The notes under the pieces: generated by a model
Database searches by the model: none
Told to the model about the DNA's origin: nothing
Seen by the model: the letters and a program-made list of their open reading frames with translations, nothing else
Assembly: GCA_008632985.1 (NCBI GenBank)
Contig: QPGO01000055.1
Span: 62,001 to 126,000, forward strand
Length of the DNA: 64,000 bases
DNA from: Psammoneis japonica
Taxonomy: Eukaryota
Reading direction: 5' to 3'
Program-made: the position numbers and the translations under genes
Shown: piece by piece, positions 39,401-52,868 of the stretch
Layout of the letters: each line of letters starts with the position of its first letter
Position numbering within the stretch: the stretch's first letter is position 1

Positions 39401-41330
39401 GCCTCAATGTCTTGGGAATGTTGTGCATGGAGCTCATCCAAAGCTTTCTCATTTTTCTCTTGCATCCTGGACAAAGACTGTTGCACTTCAGCCAGTGGCA
39501 CCAAGGCAAGTGATGAGCTTGAGATTGACTGGGCAGCTTGTGCATGAGAGCATGGAGGGGAATTCATGCCACAACATCTGGAGCATCCAATCATGGATGG
39601 TGACTGCTGAGATGGGTGGGTGAAAATGTGAGCAGGAGCTGCTGATCCTTGAGTGGCACCATGTCCAGGGTGACCTTGGCCACCATGTCTGCAGCCTGCA
39701 TGATGGGATGACTGTGAAGGGTGATTTGCACCAGAGGCAAGATTGTCAGTCAAAGGAAAAATGTTGGAGAAGGCAAGAGACTTGAGACTGCAAATGCTGG
39801 CCAGTGCAAATTGATTTGCTTGCACCAGACATTTCATCGGGGACTCCAGCCACTTGAGGAGGATCCTGAAAGAGAGGAGAAGGGTGAGCCTCTTTCAAAA
39901 TGGCTGGTGTTAAATTCATGACACATGTGGAAACTGTGGCACAAGTGTTCTTGAAGTCTTGGTGGTGGACAAGGATGTTGCACCTTCCGTTGACAGCTCC
40001 AGATGGGAAAATGTCTTTGACACCTTTCAATGCCTCAAGATTGTTCTCAAAACAAAGAATCACATTTTGGGTGGTGTTTGCCAATGGTGCAACAAAAGTG
40101 TCTTCATTGTGTTGGGCTTGAATTTTAACTGCCACCGTTGCAACATCCGATTCATTCCAGAAGTGGCGTTTCATGCCCATGTTGTTCAAATCCAAAATGC
40201 TTTGGACATGAGGATGGGAGTGCAGTTCACAAAGTGGAATTTTGATGAGAATGGAATGGCACAAACGATGAGTTGCTGGGCATTTTTGTTGGAGGGAAGA
40301 AATCCATTCAGCAACATTGACACTCGCAATCTGGTTGTTGTGGTTGTCAAGGATCTTCACATCCTTGTGGCAGGTGAATGGAATTTGTTGCAGGACTTGC
40401 AGATGGGCAGCAACAAGGGTATGGGCTTGCAAGATGCTTCTTGGCCATGAATGTCAAACCGAGTGGCAATTTCTTCTAGCTGACACTCTTTTGGCCTGGA
40501 AGAAAGCTCAACAGACAATTGATCAACAGTGTCATCATCTGCCATGGCGGCATCATTGGTGATGTGAGTCAGGGCATGGCTGCCATCAGCAATGGAAGAC
40601 AACACCATGGTGGTTGGCTGTTTTGCAGAGAACCCGGTGTTGAAAACATGCAGGTGCACTCAATGTGAACATGCACAGAATTGTGTTGGTGGTCAACACA
40701 TTTGTGGCTGCCTGGATCAGCTCAGATGACCTTGGGCAAATGATGTCAGCCCAACCAAGCAGCCTTGATGTGCATCTGGTGAATGACAGAGCTTGCACAC
40801 TGTGGCCCATCTTTGAGGGACTTGGCTGTTGGCAAGTTTGTCAAGTTGTTCAAACAACTGAGAGTGACACCAATGAGATGCAGCTGGTTCACAAATCTGT
40901 GTTGGATGTTCTGACTGAGGAAATGGCAGAACAAATTGTTGTGAGCAGCATTGCCGCCTTGTCCAGTGAATCAGATGAGGGCTTTTGTTGTCTGCTGCAA
41001 TGGAATGAACTGCCACACAAAGCACAGGAAGATGCTGTGTGGAATGAATTTGACCCACCCACAACTGTTGAGGCCAGTGAATGGGTTTGCAAGGGAGTGC
41101 ATCCAAGCCATGCTCCAAGGGCCAGAGGATGGCACACTCCTGGATTCCCCAGCAATTGCAGCATCGCTCAAGCAAATTGTGGCTACAAATGTTTGGTTGA
41201 ATGAACCATCAGCCTCACCACAACTTTCAAGGGGTTGTGCAAAGGAGAAAAGCTTCACTTCTTGGTCCCATCACTTGAAAATGATGACAAGCATGGAACC
41301 ATTCTTGATGGATCATCCAGCATGAGGAGT
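33430..41330 (-). mobile_element. Degenerate non-LTR retrotransposon with APE + RT + RNase H (diatom Ambal-like); ORF1 relic approx 39150-41300
   Basis: APE: NANG..DIVGISE..LD, GGT, DPLG, GD, RLDC; RT: FKEPGNNKIH..VVHIYEA, TCHDR, GTGQGSG, CVDN; RNase H: AEACG, CDN, PDWDV, LNVHADRLA. Confidence 0.75.
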
Positions 41331-41499
41331 CACTGGATCATTTCATGGATTGCTTGGATGACGCTGATGATGATGACAGCAAAAGCAATGAACCAGAGAG
41401 AGCAAGTGGCAATGAGGAGGATGAGGATGACAGCAGGGGTGTGGACAGCAAAAGTGATGAGCCTGAGGATTGGCGTCAACTGTCAAACAAATGAGCGCC

Positions 41500-42620
41500 A
41501 CTTCACATCACATGACTGAATGCACCACATGACAAGAGTGTGCATTTCCTGAGTCAGTCCACAACTCACAAGCTTTCCTTCTTTTGCCACCTCCCTGCTG
41601 CTTCACTGCCTTTGGAATTTCAAACTGGTGCACTGCAGCCACTTGTTTTTCTTGCTTTTTTGCCACACATTTCACCTCATGCTCCTCATTTCTAAGACAC
41701 CAATTCAACCACTTGACATCATTTGCTGGCAATGCAAAATGGTGACTGGAGTCAAAGATCCACCCACAGCATGAGGCAATGCAGAGATTGTTTGCTGGGT
41801 GGCACAAAGTTTTGCAGTGGTCATTGCAGCAGGTCATCACATCAAATTCACCACCCACTTCCAAGGCAATGCTTTGATCCAAACTGCCGCAAAATTTCAT
41901 TTGGGAGTTTCTTGGTGGGAACTTTCCCTTAAATGTCCATTCAGCATGCTCCTTGCAAAAAACATGCAGTTGTTGTCAGCGTCAATCTGTTTGGCAGATG
42001 TTTCAATTTGAGGTGCAATGCAGCCACTTGTTTTCAAGTCACCAACACAATTGAGAACACTGGCCAGGGATGAAAATGGAACTTTGCAGGTGGGTCACTC
42101 TGCAGCAACTCAATTTCTGTCAATGAAAACATCTTTCCTTCTGGCAATGAGCAAATGCCATCTTTTGACTGCCAATCTTTCAAGTCATTCCAAGTCTCTG
42201 GAAACCATGTCTTGAAATTGCACTCCACCCAATCCAGGCTGAGCATGAGTTGACGGTTGCCCTTGACAGTGCTGCCCACAAAATGAGCACCCTTTTGTTG
42301 GTTCCATGGAAGAGCATCAATCTCCCTGGTGCCCAACCTTCTGAGTCTCCCAACCTGTGATTTGTCACAAATTCCATGAACCTTCTGCTCAATCTCAGCC
42401 AAGGAATTTTTGATTTAAAGTGTGGACTCTGTTGCACTTGCATTTGGCATGTGTGATGACCTCATGATGCCTGCACATGGGATGGCCATTTCAGTCAGTG
42501 GCACACTCAGCAAGCCATTGTTCAATCAACATTTTGCTCAATGCTGCCTCAGCCAAGATGTCAAACAAGTGTGGAGCGGGTCCTGATGAGTCACCAGGGT
42601 GCTGTTTGCCATGAGTCCAT
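41500..42620 (-). pseudogene. Degenerate ORF of unknown function, probably element-borne
   Basis: Protein-like fragments LSLDWVECNF, CIAS..GWIFDSS..FALP..LNWC. Confidence 0.4.
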
Positions 42621-43159
42621 CAGAGGCTGCAACACAGTGTTGTTCACTTTCATTTGTCTCATTTGGAACATTTGATGGTGCACATGTGTGTCATCATTTT
42701 TGAACTTAACTTGCAAAGATGAGAGTCACGTTGAAATTGTTGTTGCCTTTTCATGTGTGCAATTGTCGTTGTTTTGTTTTGATTTAAATTTGCCAATGAC
42801 TTTTGACATGCACCCCATTTGCATGAAATGAGTTTTGTTTTGACAAATTTGTTGCACATTTGTTGAAATGTTAACTTTGACAGTTCTTTTCAACAGCTCC
42901 ACCCCACTCTTGCAAAGCCACAGAGGATGGTGTTTCTTCTACACCCAAGTTGGCCCCATGAGTGCTTGGCTCATCATTTTCACCTGCACTTGCCAGAATT
43001 TCAGTCAATGGTTCCCTGCCCAGATTTTGGCACATTTTCTACAAGCACAACACTCCACCTGTTCCATGACAGCACATCCTCTCCCCATGAACACATTTGA
43101 CAAGAGCATGCACTGTTGCAATTCCTGTGCATTCTATGTGAATCGTCAACCAACTGTTG

Positions 43160-46100
43160 GTGATGGCGGCTGATGACTTTGCCCCGTCTGACGACAAGGT
43201 CGACCCTGACCCTTCCTTCCAATTTGCCAAGGACTGCAATTTTGATGAAATTGAGCATTTCACCAACGGCTTCGGATTCGAATTGTTTGGACCCAAGCTC
43301 AAAAGCACAACTGCAATGCGTGCATCCAAAAAGCAGTTTTTGGAGACGACGAATTGGACCCCCTCTCCAGAATTCCTTGCTCTTCCCTTCCTTTGACACA
43401 AGCCAAAGCTGCGCTGTGTTCCACATGTTGCTGAAGTCACCTGCACCAATGACATTGCAAGGAAAACTCTTGGCCATCCCAACATTTGGTCCTGCATCAT
43501 GACTTGAGGTTGGCCCATCAAGAAATCTTGCGCGCTGAAAGGTGACCATGTCCTTTGACATAAAAATCTCAACTGGGCTCTCCATTTCTCCAAAGTGTCC
43601 AGAGAGACAGAAAAAGAACAGCAGAGCCGCATGCTTCTCTGCCGCAACATCCAGGTGATGGTAGAATTTGTCTGTGCGATCATCGCTGGCAACAACCTGG
43701 ATGATCCTGCATCTGGTCAGCCTTGTTTCCGATTCACACGTTGCAAAAGTCTCAAAAATTTGATCAACGAACAAGCCCAAGACCTCCACGGTGCATGCTT
43801 TGTCACTGACATCATCACGCCTTGCGTTCAGCACAAACCCAAGGACATGGACCATTGGTTGATGAAGATTTTTTGTCATGTCAACACCCAAAAGGAATGG
43901 CACCTGTTTGTCAACAGCTTTCTGGTCACATGCAATGCTGATGATCCTGGTTCCCAGGCGGATGAGATCAAGGGGTTCCTTGGTGACCAAATTGGCAACA
44001 TTGAGAACACAGTGACAATGGCAGGCAATTCCCTTGCACGCCGGGAGGCGCATGAAGAAAAAATCAATTCCACGTTGAATCATGAATTTGGGAAGCATTG
44101 TCCTGAGGAGCAAACTGGCATCCAACCTGGGTGCAGCAAGCAGCTCACAATGTGTGATCAGAGGGTTAACCACGTGGAAGACGATGACAAACAAGAGTGC
44201 AAATCTAAAACCAAATGCAAAATTAAGAGGATCCGCAAAGATGGCACCTGTTTGTGCAATGGCAAGCACCCCCCCCCCATCCCCCACCTTCAACCTCCTG
44301 CCTGCATCTGTTGTCTCAAGGCCCCTCCTCACACCCTGTGATTGCACATGCCCCACCAGAGCCTTCCTTGACCATCCCCAACAAGAAGGCCAAGCCTGCA
44401 TCTTGCTCGAAAGCAGCACCTCCTTTGTTGTCTGGTGATGTGCCATTGTCTGGGGAGGGGCACTGGACTCTCACCGCCGACCTTCCATCTTTCTTGGAAA
44501 TCATGGAAAGCCAAAAACCATCTCCTGCCTCCAAAGGTGCTCCCTCCAAATGGCGACCCTCTCCTCCGTCTGTTTCGGCAAATCCTCCTGTGGATGCATC
44601 TCCTCCCATTGACTCTGATGACATGTCGTGGCTGGACAAGTCCACACTCCACGATCACTTTGACCCATCCAAGTGTCGACCCGCCACCTGCAAGGAAGTT
44701 GTTTCTCATTTGTTGCACCTGCACATCATTGACAAAGCCACTGACACTGATCGTGTGCTTCATCATTCCGCCGCCAACTTTGCCTGGCAGACAACTTGCA
44801 GGAAAACTGACACATGTTCTCAAACAAAACTCCTTTGTGTGATTCTGCTGCCACATCTCGTGTCCAAACCGAGCACCCTCCTTGTCTTGATCACTTCTCC
44901 GAGGAACTCTCCATCGCCCAACAAGCCAACTCTCTGTGCAAAGGGCACTTTGGGTGCCTTTGTGTGTGTGCATTCCTGCCCTTCTGCCATTTGTTTTGTT
45001 GAAGGGTGAGTCAAATTTGAGTCGTGACAGACCGGTTGCAGTTCAAAATGGCAAAGGACGCAGGACAAAGTTTGGTTGGGCAGAGCAAGTGCATCACCCA
45101 AAGTTGCCCGGCTCTGCCAAACTTGCTGAACCCAAGGTCACCTGTGGACTTCATGTTTTTGAGTCTGACAATGACTTTGATGCAAACGAGTCCTCCAAAA
45201 TCAAGGCAATGGTGGCAGACATTCTCAACTTGATTCAGTTGTGTGAAAACAAGGTAGAGCTGCAGAAACTGAGCAATCCGCCACCATTCAACTGGTTGCT
45301 TTGGTGCGAGGAGCATTTGAAAGAGTTGTGCAATGAAATGGTTTGTCTTTTCCTTAAATGCAAGGACGTTGCTGTGCAGGGATTGTGCATTTCCTGGGGT
45401 CAAGTCTGTGATGGTCACTGCAACTTCAAAAACTGCACCTGGCATCGACACAGGAAAACAGCCACAGGTTGTTTTTTTGTCATGGATGCCTTTGGCAACA
45501 TGTGGTCCTTCAAGGTGGTTGCCAATGGCAGAACCACCATTGGCGAATGCTGTGACAACCAGCACAACATGAAGCCTGTGCTTGCTTGCGTGCACCACAA
45601 TCAAGCTCAGCTTGACTTTGCACTTGAAGACTTGGGCTTGCAGCACAATGGTCTCCCTCTCACCCTGACGTGTTGCTTTCCAGCAGCACATTCAAGCATC
45701 TTTCCCTTGACGACAACAGGCCATGGGACAATGTCGCAACAGGCGGAGGCGGCAAATCTTCAGATGTCAAGGTGCACATGGATTGGCTCAAGTTCCCAAC
45801 ATGCCCAGTTGGGGACTTTCACTCATCTGCTCCAGTCACAGTGCTCTGGCATTTCAAGAACATTGTGTGCCGATCAGGGCCAGACCAAAATGAGTCATCA
45901 GGTTGGCGATCCATGCAGGTTGCCCAACTGGATGTCACTGATTTTACTGTGTGGGGGACAAGCATCTGCCCAACCTTTGTTGCGAAGACGCGGACCCGTT
46001 TGTGAATTTTGCCGATCACTTGATGAACACATTTGGCGTGTTGTTTGGTGACCCACAGGTTGGAAGGATCAGCCCTGCCAATTTGATGCACGCAAAGTTT

Positions 46101-49100
46101 TCAGAGGCATTTCTAGACCAGAGGTGCATCGCCACGGCAAATGACCCAGTTGACAAAATGGTGGACAAAATCTGTGCTGCACTCCTCTGGATGAATGACA
46201 ATGTCGACACCCATGAGTTCTGTCCCAATTTAATGGAACAATGGTGCAAGGTGGCGTGCGATGCTTGGGCAGACCGGGGAGCAGATTTCAGTGAGATTTG
46301 TCTCATGTTGGTGCTGCAATGTCTGGTGCCAGCCGGTGTCGCAGTGAAGGACCATGCAAGACTGAACAACATTGTGCATCCTGTCTTCAATTCTGGAGCT
46401 GCCGCACAACTGGGGCACATCAAACTGGAAGAAAGGCCGCTCATGGCTGCACCAAAGGATGTCATCAGAGACAGGAACCAAAGAACACAGTTGGAACAAA
46501 ACTGAGCACAAACTGTGTGAGAACAAAACTGAGCACAAACTGTGTGAGAATTCCGACAACCGCTGCGCCTGCATTTTTGATCATGTGTTCCGTGGACCCT
46601 GTTCAGGACAAGACCTGTTTGCCTTCTCTCCCTCCAACCAGCATCTCCGCAAGCCACATGGGTCAACCGAGTGTGAAATTTTGGAGTGTGTTGACAACGA
46701 CCCCAACATTTGCAAATCACAAGACAATCCAGAAGCAAGCTCATTGGTGTGTGAATCAGCCAGGTGCTTGGGCAGCTCTGTTTTCTTCTGTGCGTGACGG
46801 ACCTGTGGCAGACAATGAACTGCACTCATTGTTGCCGGATGGCAGCAGCCTTTCCTCTGCACATGATGGAACAGTGGCAGCCAATGAACTCAACTCCTTG
46901 TCAGAGAATGGCACCAGTGTTGCCTCTGCAAGTGATGGACTTGCGGCAGACAATGAACCAAGCTCATTGTCTTTGGAGGACTGCTCATGTCATGATTCTG
47001 AATGCCATGTTCCAATTGTCACGGTAGATTCAGGGAGCATTCAGTCGCCTGAACAAGAATCTGATGGAGATGATTCATGTGACGACACCATGTGTGATCC
47101 ACCCAAGCCACCAGTCCTTTCACAAGCACAAGATTTGGACTTGGATGATTGTGTGAGTGCCATTTTTGTGCAAGTCTATGAACCGCCAAAGAACTCCTTC
47201 AATGTTTCAGTGGCTTGTTTTGCACAAAACGTTGTCTTGGAGATGACTCATGCAGTGCTTTTGTTTCACATCATCATGTCATCACCAGACAAGATGGAGG
47301 TCCAAATGTCCTGTGGCTTTGCATGATGAGGCCCGTCAATGCAGGAAATCTGTCCTTGGATGATCTTTGTTCGGACCGTGGCGTGGAGGCCATCCGATCC
47401 ACACAGCAAAGAAGAGATGAGGCAAGGTGCCAAGTCATGAAGGATCTCAACACAAACTCAAATGTTTGGGCTTGCACCATGTCCCCACAGGATGGAAGTG
47501 CCACACATCACTTAAATTGCAACATTTCTGCAAAGGATTTCGTCAAACGCGTCAAGTCACGATTTGGAAGAGAGATTGATTTTAAGACCAGTGGGTTTGT
47601 TCACATTTGCATGGACTGCTGCTGGATGCAAAAAGTGGAGTGGCAGAACACCACATTTGGAAAACGCTTCTTTCGTGAAAATCTAAAAGAGGTGATGGAT
47701 GTGTTGTTTCATCTGAAGCTTGAGAGGTGCCACGTGATGGTCCCATGCACCATGTGGTCACTGACCCAAGTCGCACAAAATTTGGAATGCATGGAAGAAC
47801 ATGCACTGGTGCTGGGTGTCACAGAAGAGATGGCATGTGGCAAAGTGATGACTCACCAGGCTTCCCAGGAAATCATCAAGCAGAGCCAGGGGGACTGCCT
47901 GGGCAAACCGTCTGACCAGGAAGCATTGCATTTGGGAGCCACAGAACAGGAAATTTGGGAAACACTCCCAGATGCAGAAGCCAAAGCAGTCCCAGATTTC
48001 CTCTGCCATTGTGGTGGTCACAATCCAAAGGAACCATTCATGTTCCTGTCCTTTGAGAGGAGAATGCCCAATTGGATGGGTGAGGTTGGCAGATGGCCTT
48101 GCAGTTTTTTGGTCACGCAGTTCCTTGTCAGTTTTGTGCGCAGTTTCTTGAAGTGGGTGAGTGATCATTGTCTCTGTTGTTGTCTCTGTTGTCCAGATTG
48201 TGTGTTTGCTGCAGGTGTGGGCCACTCACATGTTTTCACACACTCTTGTGAAACAGCTCTCTCAATGTGTTTCTGTGGTCTTGAGCTGCTCAAACATGCT
48301 TTGTCCTCTCGTGTGTCTCCGCAATGCCGGGTTGCTCCTCATGCACCAACAACTTGTCACCAACGGCGTTGATTGGCACCAAGCGAAGCTTTGGTGAGCA
48401 CACTGTCAGTTCAGAAGTGGACAAATCATTGTTTTTCACTTGAGTGTGGCTGCACTTGACACTGCTGCACCCTTGTTTGCTGAAGTCATGTTGACAGAGA
48501 ACAAAGCCGAGGAGATGCGCGGTCAGAAGAAACTGGCAGTGAGAGGAAGGGGAACAAAGAAGAAGAAGAAGAATGATCAGATGGCGGATGAAGAAACGTT
48601 CCTGGCAACTTGGGAGGAGGAGACAGTGACAAGAATTGTGAAGGACAAGTGCAAGAACAAGGAATTGCGTGCTCAACACCACAACATGGAGAAAGAAGGC
48701 AGAGTCAGGTGAGACGAAGGCACCCGGTCTGACTGCAGTGAGCAATGAGGCTCTGGGGATGTTGACATTGGAAAGCTGCTGGAAGAGTTGGGAGCACAAG
48801 GCCCACCATGAAACGACTGTTGGAGCAGGGGGGGGGGGGGGGGGCTCAGACAAAGAGGATGAGGAAGAGTTGGAACCAACACCCAAGTGCGCAGATCCGA
48901 CAAGGCAGCAAGACTCCTGGAAGGATGAAGGGACATTGCGATTCAACAAACTGCTTGCAAAAGTGAAGGAAGACAGGTCGAGTGAGGAAGGCATGCAGTT
49001 TGACACGTGGCACAGCAAAGACAAGAAAAGGAAGAGTGACAAAAGAGGTGAGTGAGCAAAAAGGAAGAAAAAGCTGGTGGGGAAGGAGGCAAGAACACAG

Positions 49101-49250
49101 GCAATGTTAGAGCTTTCAAGTGACAACAAGGAGAACAAGGAAGAGGCAACAGACAAAAACAGAGGTGACAAGGACAGCAAAGAAGAGGGTGAAGAAAGTG
49201 AAGAGGGAAGCAAAAAGAATGTAGATTCAGACAATGGGCAAGCTGTGGCA
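43160..49250 (+). pseudogene. Series of degenerate ORFs of a large unclassified element
   Basis: Long co-oriented ORF remnants (43595, 44936, 45951, 46298, 47215, 48440-49250) with acidic tracts and SNEALGMLTLE..W..W.DEG..RFN.L..VK.DR. Confidence 0.4.
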
Positions 49251-50440
49251 TGAAAAGGTGGCAGAGCCTTTTGTTTGTGTGAGAATGGAAAGCGGACAAG
49301 CAATGCATTGGTGTTCATTGTAAACAGTTACAGTGTGGTGATGCAGCATTTCAGTGATCATTGTTGCATGATCTGAGCCATCAATTGGCAACCAGTGTTT
49401 GCAATGGAGCTTTCCTCAAACCCATGAAATGCAGTGATCAGCAGCAATTTGTTGTTCAAAAGAAGTTTTGAACATCACAGTGAAAAGGTAAAAAGGGATG
49501 GCATTCTGAAGGTGGAATGAGTGGAACACATGCAGTCAAGGGTTGGATCCCATGGGAAAAGGTGGGTTCCAATGGTGAAAAATTCCAAACTGCAATGTTT
49601 GACAAAACATCACCATGTGCACAAACTGTCAAGGTTTCAAACATTGATGTTTGGCACCATGACAGCATCAAAAATCACTCATGAGAAAGGTGGTCAGGAT
49701 TGCCACAATGCGCACTCTGATGTTGTTGTGCATGCTAGAAGCAACAGTTTGAACAGCTCCAAATGAGAGCGGGCAAATGCTGCACTTGGACGGCATGATC
49801 TCCCATTTGTCAGGACCAGCCCCAATTGTCAGAGCTGAAGAGTTTTTCACATGGACACAATCAGAAAGCACGTCCACTCCTTTCTTGACATGGCGCAACA
49901 AAACAGCAGCAAGAGGTTGCTTCGCGGCATCCCTGAGTGACATTCCTGGTGGCACTGCCACCAACATCAGTGCAAGATTGTTCTGCTTGCCCAGAATTTA
50001 GAAGTGCCCCAACTTGCAATCAATTCTTGCCATCAAATTCTTCAATGAACCAATCAGCAACAAGATCAAGGAACAGATTTTGCTGTTTGGTGGTTGTGAG
50101 CCCATCCTGATCATTCCAGCAATGAACAAGGTGAAACACAGGGCCAGTCTTCCAGCTTCCAGGATCTTTTGTGGTCAACTCACTCAACTTTGTACAAGCT
50201 TGTGGGCATGTCTGGGGATCAATTGCAGTTTGGAGACTTTGGTTGTGCCAATTTCTGGAGACATCCTTCTTTGAACAATGTTTGTCCATTGAATTGACAA
50301 ACCTGTTGACCTGAAGAGACACCTTCAACTGGACAGAAGAATCATTTGCTTGAGGGGTGCTGCCACCAATGGAAGACTCAGCCAACCCTTGTCTGTTCTT
50401 GGTGGCTGCTGTGGCTGATGCATCCATTGCAGTTGCGCCG

Positions 50441-50721
50441 ATTGTGTGCTTGTGTTTGCGCAGCAAATGCACTCCAGAGAGGGGGCCAATGTTGGTTGCC
50501 ATAAAATGGTGTTGATGAACAGAGGCAGCCTCCAAGGCAGTTCCAGATGACAAATGCAACGCATTGAGCATCGCAACAAACAAACCAAAACAGGAGTGCA
50601 AACAGTGCGCTGATTGCACACTTGTGTTTGTGCAACAAATGCACTCAAGAGAGGGGGGCAACACCAGTTTCCACAAAATGGTGTGGATGAACAGAGGCAG
50701 TCTCCAAGGCAGCTCCAGATG
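50441..50721 (+). repeat. Degenerate direct repeat (about 108 bp x2)
   Basis: 50441-50549 vs 50613-50721. Confidence 0.75.
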
Positions 50722-52206
50722 CTTGACAGCACAAAACAGCAAGCATTGCAAAACAAGGTCAAGATGGTGGCAACTGTTGTTCTGAAACCATTGCGGGTTG
50801 AACATGTGAGTTTGGCAGAAATTCAGAACAAGCAAGTGCAAAGCAACTGAAAAATGAGGCATGAGAAGCAACTGGAAAAAAGCATGTGGGCAGTGTCTTG
50901 CATGGACCACAACACTCAAAATCAATGCTCCAAATTCCAAACAAGAAAATGCAAAGAGATGGTGTCACCTGTGATCACAATGACTGTGCAGAGCCGCAAT
51001 CACACTGTGATGACAATGACATGACTTTCAAATGAAAGGAGCAGATGGCTCCATGCAACTGTCATGGCAAAGAAGGGGTTGGGGAGTGGTGGCAGCAGTG
51101 TGCTGCATTGTGGCAGAGGTTCTGTGTTGAGCGTTTGTGTGTGCAGATCACCGCACATGTGGAGGTCAGCAGCAATCAACATGCAGCAAGAACAGTGCCA
51201 AATGTGAGCTGATGCTTTTCCTCCAATGACAAAATGTGTGCCTTTGTGATTGGAGAAATGCACTCATGTTGCAATTTCATTGCATCATTGAAACATTTGA
51301 TGATTGCCGAAAGGCAAAAAAAGTGAGCTCTGCCAGGTGGAGACAAATTTGTCTGGTGCTAAAAATTGCATAAAAAATCTCAGGTGATGGATCTCTCATC
51401 ACCTGGAGCTGCAACAGGCCATGTGTCTGCACAGACTGGATGTCCACTCCAGCTCAACACCCTGCTGTGGAGGCTGTTGTGAGCCAAGTGGGTGCCCGCC
51501 TTGTTCCACTGACCATCAATTGCTTGGGAGCACCTGGTCACTTTGCCCGCTGCCTGCCATTTGGTGCCTGCCAACACTGTCCCATCCTTTCCCCCCTGCT
51601 CTGCCCTGGACATCCGAGTCTTCTTTTCAGCACACAGCTGCTCACAATGCTGCAAACACCTGCTTGCAATGCTTGCCCCCAGGGACCTTCCCAGCTGCCA
51701 CTGCAGCACAGAAAAATGCACTGTCAAAATGTCCTGCTCTTCAGCCTCACCTGTCACACCACCGTGCCACTCCGGTGGAGCCTCCAAAGCCTCAGCTTTG
51801 CAGTTGCCAGGTCCCTTGCTGACCAGCTTGTGTCCTGTTGTTTGGCCAAGCTGTGCACACACCTGCCTTGCCGCAACCCCCCTCCCCACTGCCACCACCA
51901 ACCCCCCCATTTTCTGTTTGCATGGCCTGCTTTTGTCCTCATTCTGCTGTGGCACCAATCATCTGCACCGCACGCCTGGGTGATGTCGCCCATGAACTCC
52001 TCATGCACATGCACCACAGAAAGACGTTTGCTGATGAGCCACAATGAGAGCACAGCCAAAAGTCCTTCTTCACAAAACTTGTTTTGTGAGCCAGTTGGAG
52101 TTGACAAAGTGTGTCAAAATTCAAGCAACAGCTTGCATTGGCAACATCTTCAAAGCCCTCCAATTGTGCAGGTCATCAGAGAGGGGAAACGCGAGCCACC
52201 TGCATT

Positions 52207-52868
52207 GTTTTGACAGGCTGGCCTGTGCTCAATTTGTGTCAACCAGCACCCAACTGATGAAACTCAAAGGAAACCACTGCCCAGCATGTGCTGCATGCAT
52301 CACCCACACTGCAATGTGGGTGGACCGAAGTGCAGCTCCTCATGCATGCATGTGCAAATGGCAGGTTTTCTCTCCTTTTTAATGTGGGTGTGTTGCACAC
52401 AGTGTGTTTCCTCAGCATGATTTCCACACACATGATTTTCACATGCACATCACAGCAATGTCACATGATGGTGTGTGCTGACCAGAACAGCTGACACCCC
52501 ACAATTTTTGATGGCACTTTTTGCTGACATCACATTTTTTTCAACAGCAGACTTGAACATTTCAGTCTCTTTGTGGCTCACACAGTCTTTTGACAGATTG
52601 GCCTGTGCTCAATTTGTGTTGGCCAGCATTCAACTGATGAAACCCACACAGGAAGCCACTGCCCAGCACCCACCAGCATGTGCTGCACACATGACCCCCA
52701 CACTGTGACATGGGTGGACCCAAGTGCAGCTCCTCATGTTTGCATGCAAATGGCAGGCATTTCCTCCCCTTTTCAATGTGGGTGTGTTGCACACATGTGT
52801 TTTCTCAGCATGATTTCCATGCACACCAATTTCATGCACACTTTGCATCAATGTCACATGATGGTGTG
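52207..52868 (+). repeat. Degenerate direct repeat (about 275 bp x2); the spacer 52480-52588 recurs at about 53849-53938
   Basis: TTTTGACAG..TGGCCTGTGCTCAATTTGTGT... to ...AATGTCACATGATGGTGTGTG present twice. Confidence 0.8.

Noticed and set aside
46494..46550. CRISPR-like repeat
   Set aside because: Only two adjacent 27-bp copies with no spacer, in a eukaryotic context.
30130..51370. Possible terminal inverted repeats around 30150 and 51340 bounding one giant element
   Set aside because: Similarity is too weak and short to support by eye.
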